Source of the DNA: Felis catus
Taxonomy: Eukaryota
Assembly (NCBI RefSeq): GCF_018350175.1
Contig: NC_058368.1
Location: 142,974,001 to 143,038,000, forward strand
Length of the DNA stretch: 64,000 bases
Direction: 5' to 3'
Under the pieces are notes generated by a model, which was not told where the DNA came from, made no database searches, and saw nothing but the letters and a program-made list of their open reading frames with translations. Positions within the stretch are counted from its first letter, which is position 1. Each line of letters starts with the position of its first letter. This document shows, piece by piece, positions 25,701-36,923 of this stretch. The position numbers were made by a program, and so were the translations under genes.

Positions 25701-26560
25701 AGCCAACTGAGCCATCCAGGTTCCCCTCAGATAGAACTTTTAAATGTCTTGCAAGACTGGGAGGCCAAGAACTCACCATCAAATTTTACTGTAATGCCTT
25801 TAGATTCGGATGAATTATTCTCTTTTCAAGGTCCCGAAAATATCATCAGTTTCCTGGGCCTGCCAGGATGTGACCTTCTTACTCTCATGTAAGGCTAGGA
25901 ACTCTTTAAGCCAGATACCTGGCTGGGTTTTCCCAAGAAAGCTTTGTAGGCATTAGTTCCATAAAACTAACCTTAGCTCCTATAAATGCTAGGTCATATC
26001 TAATTCTGTGACTATCATTCTCAAATATGCTATTTCAGTCAAAGCCTTGGCTATGTAACCAATATTTCCAATCATGCACTGTTAACAAAGGGGGAAGATT
26101 CTTATTTAACTTATGCAAATAATTATGTTGCCATGAAAATAAGAATACTCGATAAGAATTTCCAAATTCTGGAGGGTTCAGGCAAGAGGGAAAAAACCAA
26201 CGGTTTTATTTCTGTTTACAAAAGCACATTTATTAATTTCTTGTGAGTTATAGGTAGAGAAAGAGAAAAGAAAAATGGGTTCATTATATGCAAAAAACAG
26301 AACAGGATCCACAATATTACAAAGAAAACCCATAATCACCGTTCCTTAGTTCATTCAGTCTTATGTCATTAATTCTATTTTGCTCAATCTTCGGTTAGCA
26401 ATCTCATGAACCCATCGGCTAGTACAGACTAGAATTCTAGAAATCCTGACTCAGTCCAGTAGTATGGTCTCAAAGTTATTTAAGCCATGTGATCAGGGGC
26501 TTGTATCCCAGAGTACCTGGAATCATCTTTTCCATGGTTCTCCTTGAGTGTTCCTTTTTG
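22735..26560 (-). mobile_element. MER4-group-like non-autonomous ERV1 internal sequence, interrupted by many SINEs and an LTR
   Basis: Contains cataaggaatctcagattg, ttcctgggcctgccagga.gtgaccttcttactc and cttatgcaaataa...ttgccatgaaaataagaatactc...tttccaaattctggaggg, typical of MER4-group internals. No intact ORF. Confidence 0.65.
23297..23741 (+). mobile_element. Young gammaretrovirus-like solo LTR
   Basis: TG...CA ends, CpG-rich, with CCAAT (about 23524), TATAAAA (about 23574) and AATAAA (about 23667) in U3-R-U5 order. Confidence 0.85.
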
Positions 26561-26885
26561 ATAAAGATGAGTGGGTACTCCTATGAATTTTCTCTCATTT
26601 TTCACCTTTAATTTGACACTTTTTTCTATGCTCCCAATAAAAGATTGTTGTCAGGAGCACCTGGGTGGCTCAGTTGGCTAAGCAACCAATTTCAGCTCAG
26701 CTCATCATCTCACAGTTTGTGGGTTCGAGCCCCGCATCGGGCTCTGTGCTGACAGCTCAGAGCCTGGAGCCTGCTTTGGATTCTGTGTCTCCCTCTCTCT
26801 CTGCCCCTCCCCTGCTCATGCTCTGTCTCTCTCTGTCTCAAAAATAAATAAAGGTTAAAAATAATAATAATAATAAATCAAAGAT

Positions 26886-28475
26886 TGTTGGGAAGAGTTT
26901 TTGGAAAAACCTCACTTTTCCTTTCTATCTTTCTCTCCTTTGTATCTCTTGTACTACTGACTCAGAATGTTCCACTTCTGACATTTTTTTAAATGTTTAT
27001 TCATTTTTGAGAGAGAGACAGAATGTGAACAGGGGAGGGGCAGAAAGAGAGGGAGACAGATTCTGAAGCAGCCTCCAGGCTCTGAGTTGTCAGCACAGAG
27101 ACAGCAGGACACAGGGCTTGAACCCACAAATAGCTAGATCATGACATGAGCCGAAGTCAGGCGCTTAACCAACTGAGCCACCCAGGTACCCCTGATATTT
27201 CTGACATAACCAAATGTGCATTGTAGTTTTCCCACACCAAATCTCTGCAACAGAGAGAATTATTTGTGGGGAATCCAGTGAGGCATTCTATAATTTAATT
27301 CAATTCTAACACTATCTGCTTGGAGATAATGCCAAATACCACAGGTTAAGAGCTCAGTCCCAAAGGCTGACCCCACTTCAGGTGCCAATCAAAAGTAGTA
27401 GGTCCCAGAGTGTCTGGGTGGCTCAGTCAGTTGAGCAAAAGACTCTTGATTTCAGCTCAGGTTATGATCCCAGGGTCATGGGATCCAGCACTACGTTAGG
27501 TTCTGTGTTGAGTGCAAAGCCTGCTTGAGATTCGGTCTCTCCCTCTTCCCCTTTCCCCACTAGCTCTCTCTCTTTAAAAAAAAAAAAAAAAAAAAAGAGT
27601 GGTAGGTCCTCAGGTTACCCACAACTGCTGTCCAATTTTCTCAGGTGCCACTAATTTGCTAGAGTGGCTCACAGAACTCCAGAAAACAGTTATGTTTACT
27701 AGTTTAGTAAAGGATATGGTAAAGGATACAGATGAACAGCCAGATGGAGAGAAAAATAGGGTGAGGACTGGGAAAGTCCCAAGTGCAGAGCTTCTGTTCC
27801 CATGGAGTTAGGGTATATCACCCTCCTGGTGGATATATTCACCCACCGGAAGCTCTCTGAACCCTGGAGGCTTCATTACATAAGCATGATCAATTACCAA
27901 CTCCATTTTCAGCCCTCTCCCCAGGATGGAGAATGAGGGATGGGGCTGAAAATTCCAAGCTTTTTTTTTTTTTTTTTTTTTTTTTTTCAACGTTTATTTA
28001 TTTTTGGGACAGAGAGAGACAGAGCATGAATGGGGGAGGGGCAGAGAGAGAGGGAGACACAGAATCGGAGACAGGCTCCAGGCTCTGAGCCATCAGCCCA
28101 GAGCCTGACGCGGGGCTTGAACTCACGGACCGCGAGATCGTGACCTGGCTGAAGTCGGACGCTTAACCGACTGCGCCACCCAGGCGCCCCGAAAATTCCA
28201 AGCTTTTATCATGGTTTGGTACTTCTTGTGACCAGCCCCCATCCAGAAGCCTACCCAGAGTCACCTCAATGGAACAAAAGATGATCCTGGTGCTCTTATC
28301 ACTTAGAAATCTATAAGAGTTTTAGGAGCCCTGTCTCACAGGTGGGGCAAAAGACAAGTATTAGAACAAGAGGTGCTCATAGCACTCTTTTTACTTAGGA
28401 AATTATAGGGGTTTCAGGTGCCTTGTGCTAGGAACTGAGGGCAGAGAGCAACACATATATTTTCTATTATCTCAT
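26886..28475 (-). mobile_element. MER21-like LTR interrupted by three SINEs
   Basis: ttcaattctaacactatct...cacaggttaagagctcagtccca...aatttgctagagtggctcacagaactc...aaaggatacagatgaacagccagatgg are MER21-family motifs. Confidence 0.8.
27961..28190 (-). mobile_element. Young felid CAN-SINE
   Basis: Near-consensus with a long homopolymer tail and perfect TSD GAAAATTCCAAGC. Confidence 0.95.
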
Positions 28476-30571
28476 AGCAAGCAACTTCAATGTAGTTTCT
28501 AAATGGGAAAGGAGGAATCAAGAAGATATAAGCATGTGAAGTACTAAGACATATTCTTTCTGCTAAGAACTGAGTCCTTGGTATTTTGAAAGGGGTGTGT
28601 GATTATTAGGTGTCTTACAGGTTTAAGCTAACTTCTGTAACATGACAGATTTGGAAATCAAAATTCATTGTTCTTCCTTCAAACAAATTTAAAATTTTTT
28701 TTAACGTTTATTTAGTTTTGAGACAGGGAGAGACAGCATGAACGGGGGAGGGTCAGAGAGAGAGGGAGACACAGAATCTGAAACAGGCTCCAGGCTCTGA
28801 GCTGTCAGCACAGAGCCGGACGCGGGGCTCGAACTCAGGCACCGCGAGATCATGACCTGAGCCGAAGTCGGATGCTTAACCGACTGAGCCACCCAGGTAC
28901 CCCTCAAACAAATTTAAAGCTAAACAATTTTGAACTCCTAAGATTCCATTTTGTACTGTTAACTTAAAAAATGTCTTAAACTGGAGTTTTCTGACCATTT
29001 AAAGATTCAAATAACAAGGCACAGAATGGGCAAGAAAAAAATAACACCTGTAAATAAAGGAACATAGTTTTCAGGAAGTTGAGAGCTACAGTCTATCCTT
29101 TGGGTCTTGGTTCAGTATTTATGTTACATCGAACCACAAAGACAGGCCTATATGAAACCTAAACAAATTGAGCTTAAATCAGCGGGAGGTAAGTGATAAA
29201 ATCTTGCAACTTTATTCAGAGTTAAAACAAAGGGAGAGAGAATTTCCTGGCATTATGATACAATCACTTGATTCAGCATTTTTAAAATTAATCCCTACAT
29301 CCCTATTATTTCTATAAACTATAAAGTGTGCATTTTAAAAAGGAAAAAATTTTTTTTAATCCAGGGTATTTTCCTAAAAATGTGGGTGCTTAAAAGATGT
29401 TAGAGTCCAGTATATCATTATATCATGTGTGGTTTTCCCCCTGCAACTCAGAATAGAGACTGGCTACTTACTGATAGAGGTTCCTGCTTAAAAAAAAAAA
29501 AAAAGAAGAAGAAGAAAAAAAGGTCAAGAATTATCTCTGTTACCAGAGTGTTGAAAGATTTTGTTTTAATAAAGCTGAAATTATATCTTACAATAGGATT
29601 TTTAAAAACTGGTTAGTTACATGAAAGATATCCTGCTCAGTCTGTTATGCTACATTTTCCAAAAAACAATACTAATGAAGAAAAATATATCTGGAGCAGT
29701 GTTCACCAAAGTGAATACTGGCCAATGGGGAGCAAAAGAGAACAGAAAGGGAGATGTGGTCAGAGCATTATTCTGTGCCCTCCATAAGGAATTCAATAGG
29801 GGCTAAATTCCTCCCTCTACCAAAGATCTCAGCTCAGCTCTTCCAAGGTAGTTATATGATCCACACTACCCTCTCTGTGTCTCCAGTTCCAGGAACCAAT
29901 CCCTTCCCTGGCCCTCAGGGATGGCTCAGCTATTAGCCTCTAGGTGCTATGCCTTGTAGGTTCCCTGCACCCATTTCACACCTTTGCTCCTACTCCTCAA
30001 ATTACCGCAGTATGAATGTTCAGTCTTTCTATTGCTGAGTATCATCAAGAGTTTGGGCCATGGTTCTGAACCGGTTTGAATCTTTAACGGACATTGAGTT
30101 GAGTTGGATATAAGATAGGGCATAAGATAATGCAAAAATAATGATGAGGCCCAACACAAGTCTAGCACAAAACTTAACATGCTTTTGCTGGAATGTGGAA
30201 AATGTTGACCTCTTGAGTTTATGAGTGAGCACAGTCAGAGTAATAAGTTATGTAACTCAAACAGCAGCCCAGGGTTTAAGGATGACCAGCAGAGTAGTAC
30301 ATTTTGTGTGGATACTTTCATGGACAAGGCTATACTGTAGCAATTGGTTATAACCATTGCTGGCTTGCTTTGTGTTCATTCTGTGTTTTAACTGCTTCAC
30401 ACATTAAACCAAAAGTATAGTTGTAAAATAGTGTCTTGAACTCAAAACATCAAGAATCTCTAGGCTTAGTGTTTAAGCCTTGAATAATACCTCTTGCTTC
30501 GAGCCTTAGAAATTAGGTTAAAATGCAAAGTCATTTGAAAGAAGTAATACTGATGGATTAAATGCATAAGG

Positions 30572-31100
30572 CAGTACTTCTCAAATTTAAGAGTACATAA
30601 GAACCATCCAGAAGCTTGTTAAAAATATAGATTTCTGGCCCCTATTCCAAAGAATTTTTCATTCAGGTGTGACCTAGGAATTGCATGTTAAGTAATCTCT
30701 CCAGGGGCACCTGGGTGGCTCAGTCAGTTAAGCCTCTGACTTTGGCTCAGGTCATGACCTCGCAGCTTTGGATTCTGCTTCTGTCTCTTTGCCCCTCCCC
30801 TGCTCGCACACACTCTCTCAAATATAAATAAACAGTAAAAAAAAAATTTATAAAAAAAATAATAGGGCGCCTGGGTGGCTCAGTCATTAAGCATCTGACT
30901 TTGGCTCGGGTCATGATCTCGCGGTTCGTGGGTTTGAGCCCAGGTCGGGCTCTGTGCTGAGAGCTCAGAGCCTGGAGCCTGTTTCGGATTCTGTGTCTCC
31001 CTCTCTGTCTGCCCCTTCCCCACTCACACTCTGTATCTCTCTCTCTCAAAAATAAATAAACATTAAAAAAAAAAAATCTCTCCAGAGAATTCTAATACAG
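30572..31100. mobile_element. MER5-like hAT element interrupted by two SINEs
   Basis: cagtacttctcaaattt...gcttgttaaaaatatagatttctggcccc. Confidence 0.6.
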
Positions 31101-31106
31101 ACCACA

Positions 31107-31635
31107 TGTATTAAGGAATTATTGCCGCATAACAAATCATCCAAACTTAGCAATTTAAAATTGTACCTATTGACTATCTCACACAGTTTCTAAGGGTAAG
31201 GAAATGTGGAGTGACTTAGGTGGCTGCAAGTGCCTCTCATGAGGTTGTATTTCAGCTGTTAGCAGAGGCTGAGGTAATTTCAACGCTCGCTCAACTAGGT
31301 GGGAGAATGTGTCTTTCAAGTTCACTCTTGTGGTTATTGGCCTGAGGCTTCAGTTCCTCAGCACATGAGCCTCTCCACAGGGCTCCTCACATCATGACAA
31401 CACGCTTTCCCCAGAGTGAGTGACCAGACACAGAGAGAGAGATGAGAGAGAAAGAAAGCCCAAGATGGAACCCTCACTCTTTAATAACCTAATCTTGGAC
31501 GTGGCATACCATTACTTTTACCATACTCCATGGGTCACACAGACCAATCCTCATACAATATGGGAGGTGACTAGACAAGGGTGTGATACCAGGAAGTGGG
31601 GATCATGGGGGGCCATCTTGGGGGCTGGCTACCAC
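31107..31635 (-). mobile_element. MLT1 (MaLR) LTR
   Basis: tattgccgcataacaaatcatccaaacttag...ggggccatcttgggggctggctaccaca. Confidence 0.8.
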
Positions 31636-32149
31636 ACCACATTTTGAGTAATTCTGGCAAAAATGATGAATATCAGCTCATACTAAGAGCTGCTTCTTGT
31701 GCGAATTCGGGTAGGGAGAACAGATGATCCAGTAAGGAAACAGAAAAAAGAACATGACCAACCCAGTGCCAGGCTGGCCCCTACGGACCTATACTCCAGA
31801 CTGGCTAGGTCAAGCACCGTGCTTGAGGCTTATGCCCAGTATCTTGTCTCCTGTTGGCCTGGGCCCCTTTTGTGTCTGTCATTCTTGCCTAATGTACCCT
31901 GGCCTGACCCAGCACAATCTGTCTTGATGTAGAATACCCATCACTTCTCTCAGCCTCTCTTTCGATGCAAAATTGAAAGCAATCATTTTCTACCACTGAA
32001 TACATTTCCCTTTATATAAAATTAATTATTTATGTACTGCCTATGTATTTTAAAATATTTGTCATATGTTTTTTATTATTCTATTCATTTAATCCTTTTT
32101 TTGTTTGTTCACTCAATGATTCCAACTGATATTATTTGTCTATCACATG

Positions 32150-32615
32150 CCTGGCATATTTCCCCTGCTTGAAACCTCCCATGGTTTCACACATGCTGCT
32201 CCTCTCCATCCAGAGTCGAGTCTGTTTCCTCTCTCCTTGAATCTGGCTGGCCTGTGGCTTGCTCTGACCAACAGAACATGGCACAAGTGGCACCCTTCTG
32301 GTCACAGGCCAGGGGCGTCAGAAACCTGGCAACTTCAGCTTTTGCTCTCCCGGGGGCCCTGAGCCACTGTAGAAAATAAGTGCCGCCTCTCCGTTGGAGA
32401 AAACGAGACAGCTGAGGCACCAGACATGGCGAATCCAGAATCTTGGATCCTCAAGCCCCAGTTAAGCTGTCCTAGCCAATGCCACATGGAACAGAGACCA
32501 GCAATCCCCACCTAGCCTTGCCCACATTGAAGAATCAGAACAAAGACACGATTTTTGTTGTTGTAAACCACTAAACTTTGGGGCAATTTTCAATGCAGCG
32601 ATAGATAATGTGTAT
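32150..32615 (+). mobile_element. MLT1 (MaLR) LTR
   Basis: ccttgaatctggctggcctgtggcttgctctgaccaacagaa...aaaccactaaactttggggc...gcagcgatagataa. Confidence 0.8.
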
Positions 32616-35600
32616 TAACAAGCATGAAACTTCAAAATAAACAAATATGAAATTCCTAAAGTAACAGGAAAAATATACTGGGGGCAGAAGACCCAATTTC
32701 TAGACCTAACACCTATTCTCGTGACTGAATGGTGTTGAATTTGATCAAAAGGAAGTTACTAGTTTCAGTAAAGCAGAAGACTCAGTTTATAGAGAGTTAA
32801 GGAGAAAGTGATCAGTGAATAGTAAAACCATGCAAGTATAGAATAATCGTTCCAGAAATTAAAGCAACATAGTTTTCAACACCCCATATGTTTTATTTAT
32901 TTTTTAAATGCTTGTTTTTGAGAGAGACAGACAGAGAGAGAAAGAGAGGGAGAGAGAGAGAGAGAACATGAGCGGGGGAGGGGGAGAGAGAGAAAGGGAG
33001 ACAGAGGATCCAAAGCGGGTACCGCACTGACAGCAGAGAGCCTGATGTGATGTGGGGCTCAAACTCACAAACTGAGAGATCATCACCTGAGATCTCTACT
33101 GAGTCATCATTGAGCCACCGAGGGGCACTTTTGACAATGCATATTCCTGGGTCCTACCCTTTAAGATATTAATATAAATAATCTGGGGGTGAGGTCGGAG
33201 AATAGTGCTTTGAGATACTGGTAAGGATTAGAACCAGAGACTGAGAAGTATAAAAACAAGCCTGTAACTGAAAGGTCCAATAGCAGGAAATAAAAGTTTG
33301 GGGAGATTGGCTTATATTGGAAGTTTGAGGGAAAAGAGTTGGTCAACAGAATAGTGCTGTAAATTTGAAGAGAAAGAAAGTAATTGAAAGAACAGCAAAG
33401 TCAAGAGGGAAAAGAACCAAACACATAGGATGGATTGGTCGGGTGGGTTTCTAAAGAATTTACAAATGTTGCCCGAAGTCCCAAGAATGAAAGTATTGCA
33501 TGCATTTAAAATAACATGAAAGAATGTAAACCAAATAGGAGCATGGAGTCTTTTAGAGGTGTAGGTTTATTTATTTATTTTAAAAAAATTTGGGGGGGCG
33601 TCTGGGTGGCTCAGTCCAACTTTGGCTTAGGTCATCATCTCTCAGTTCGTGGGTTTGAGCCCTGAGTCAGGCTCTTCTGCTGACCGCTCGGAGCCTGGAG
33701 CCTACTTCAGATTCTGTCCCCCCTCACACTCTGTCTCACTCTGTCTCTCAAAAATACATAAACATAAAAAAAAAATTGTTTTTAATTTTTTTAACATTTA
33801 TGTATTTTTGACAGAGACAGAACATGAGGAGGGGAAGAGCAGAGAGAGAGGGAGACACAGAAACCGACAAACCCACAAACGCTCAAACCCACAAACTGTG
33901 AGATCATGACCTGAGCTGAAGTTGGATGCTTAACCAACTGAGCCACCCAGGTGCCCAGGGGTGGAGGTTTAGAGGGCACTTTCACTTGCTTCATTTTACT
34001 TTTTCCATAATGAGAGAGTATTACTCTTAATTTTTTTTTTTACTCTTAATTTTTTAAAAAAAATTTTTAATGTTTATTTTTGAGACAGAGAGAGACAGAG
34101 CATGAACAGGGGAGGGGCAGAGAGCGAGGGAGTCACAGAATGGGAAGCAGGCTCCAGGCTCTGAGCTCTCAGCACAGAGCCCGACATGGGGCTGGAACTC
34201 ATCAACTCCAAGATCATGACCTGAGCTGGAGTCAGACTCTCAACCGAATGAGCCACCCCGTTGCCCTGAGAGAGTATTACTCCTAATAATTAGGCCAAAA
34301 AAATTTTTTTTAAAGCATCTGAAGGAATTTTTAATTAGGTAACTTTTAACAATCATTATATTGTTATAACTAAATTTTTAAAAATATATTAAAATATATA
34401 AATCCAATATTGTTGGGCCTACAGTAAGTTGATATAATAATGGCATATGAACTCAGGGTTGTAAAACTATTCACACCCTTTGGCCTAACTCCACTTTAAA
34501 ATTATACCTCAAGGAAATGGCCAGAAAGGAAAAAAAGTACAAAGATGGTCACAGAAACAATACTTACAAGACTGGGAAGTTGGAAAACTCTCAAAAATTC
34601 AACAATAGCGTTAAGGTTGAATAAATTGAAGTACATTATCAAGCTGGAAAACTACAGAAAACTGACTAGGTGAATGCACAGAAATGTTAACTGAAATTAA
34701 ATAAAAAGATAAAAAGACAACAACAAAATCCCTATGGAGGGATTGGTACCTATGCAAAAAGATCAGAGAGTAAGTAATAGGAAGGGAAGTAAAGAGCTAT
34801 GACTTAATATTCCTTTTCCATAAAATCTTTTAAAAATATGCATTTTTAGTGGGGGAGGGGGGCACAATCTATAGCAGAATTAACTACCACCATGTTTATT
34901 CTTTAATTTTCTGTGGCTGACTACTCCAGTGTTTCTCTCCCACTGAAGCAATGTGAGTTAGCACCCACAAAAATCACTGGGCATATAAGCATTGGGGAGT
35001 ATTTTTAATTAGTGATGTCACACCAGTGTTTTGAAAAATGGGTGCAGCAAAGGGTATATTGGAGAAGAAATGGCAAGTATAGATTTATGAAAGACATTCT
35101 TTTACTTTCCTTTTCATACCAACCAAGCAATGGTATATTCTTATGTGGTCACTTTCATCAGAACCAAAGGAAAGGGGCGCCTGGGTGGCTTAGACGGGTA
35201 AGCATCTGACTTCGGCTCAGGTCATGATCTTCCAGTTTGTGAGTTTGAGCCCCACGTCAGGCTCTGTGCTGACAGCACAGAGACTGGAGCCTGCTTTGGA
35301 TTCCGTGTCTCCCCCCTCTCTCTGCCCCTCCCATGCTCATGCTCTCTGTCTCTCTCTGTCTCTCAATAATAAACAGACGTTAAAAAAAAAAAAAAAAAAA
35401 AGAACCAAAGGAAAGACCCGTTGGAATGGAATGTTTACATTCTTTCAAAATACGAAGTATCTCAAACATATCAAGAAGTACCGAGTGTAATATAATAAAC
35501 ACCCATGTACTCCATACCCAGATTTAGCCAATGTGAATATCTGGAAATCCTCTTTGTATCCCTCCCCAATCTTATTCATCTCCTCTCTCCTCTAAGGAAA

Positions 35601-35662
35601 AATTTGAATCTTGGTGTGTGTCCTGCCCTTGCATTTTAAAATATTTTTACCACCTAACTATA

Positions 35663-35882
35663 GGGGCGCCTGGGTGGCGCAGTCGGTTAAGTGTCCGACT
35701 TCAGCCAGGTCACGATCTCGTGGTCCGTGAGTTCGAGCCCCGCGTCAGGCTCTGGGCTGATGGCTCAGAGCCTGGAGCCTGTTTCCGATTCTGTGTCTCC
35801 CTCTCTCTCTGCCCCTCCCCCGTTCATGCTCTGTCTCTCTCTGTCCCAAAAATAAATAAAAAATGTTAAAAAATAAATAAAT
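35663..35882 (+). mobile_element. Young felid CAN-SINE with a 25-bp TSD
   Basis: Near-consensus copy. AAAATATTTTTACCACCTAACTATA occurs at 35638-35662 and 35883-35907. Confidence 0.95.
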
Positions 35883-36548
35883 AAAATATTTTTACCACCT
35901 AACTATAGATCTGTAAATAATATAGAATGTCACTTTGCTTATTTAAAAAATTGAAATGGCATCAGGACATATAGAGCTGACTGCAATTTCTTTTTTTTCA
36001 TTTAACGTTGCTTTTGAAATATATCCATGTTAATATGTGTAGCTGTAATTAATTTTGTTTTAATGACTGGTATTTTTTAATTATTAATTTTATTATGAAT
36101 TATTTTTAAAATACAGAAAAAATAAAGTAATATAGTAAACAGTCATGTACTTAAGACCCAATTTCATCATATATTAGCATCGTGCCAAAATGCCATACTA
36201 ATCCAGACCTTTTTTAAAGGAAGAACATTTTTAGGTACAGTTGTATAGCTTCCTGGGTGAAGTGAGGAAGAACCCAAACCCCATTTAGTATTTAGCTTAG
36301 AACTTACTTTAGAATGTCAAATCATTTCAAACAAAATAATGAAGCCATACCCTGAAGATCTGCCTCAGGAGATTCTCAAAATATGTCTATTTCTAATCCT
36401 AATTTCTGAAAATTATTCATGATAATCCACTCAAACTGAAGCCAATTGCTAGAATGTGAGCACTACATCATACACGTATTTGTGCCCTAGATGTGTCATG
36501 AATCAGTGAATAAATAGTTCCAAGTTTTTTTAAAGCACAGATGGTGTT

Positions 36549-36923
36549 TGTGGCAGCCATAAGAATGCGTCTCTCGGATCTCCAAGCATAATACTGATGG
36601 CCTGGGCTGCTATGTTATGAATCTACTACACTTCTCATAGGCTGCTCCCAGCTAAGGACTGAGTGAGGCAGGGAGAGAGGAAACTCCCCTGACCGATGAC
36701 CTTGGCTTGAGGACTCCCCATTGGCCTTGTAAAAACTTTCTTCAACTACTTTGTACTCTAAGATGCTTTCTGTGGAGACTTCCTTTCTTCCCTCTCTCCA
36801 TCATAATCTACCAGCTCTCCCCCTGGCTCTGGCTGCCTATCTATTTTCCCTCACAGGTGTTTCCCTCCAAAATCTTTCCCATATCTAATCTTGGAATCTG
36901 CTTGGAGGATCTTCAGTAACACA
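36549..36923 (+). mobile_element. LTR16C-like 5' LTR of the ERV-L provirus
   Basis: tgtggcagcc...ggctgctcccagc...gactccccattggcct...cacaggtgtttccc...ggaggatc...taacaca, followed by gtggt at the primer-binding-site position. Confidence 0.8.

Noticed and set aside
29621..35135. Similar peptides MKDILLSLLCY (29621) and MKDILLLSFSY (about 35087)
   Set aside because: Similarity is limited to about 14 nt plus a short upstream word, and the flanks do not align. Probably chance.
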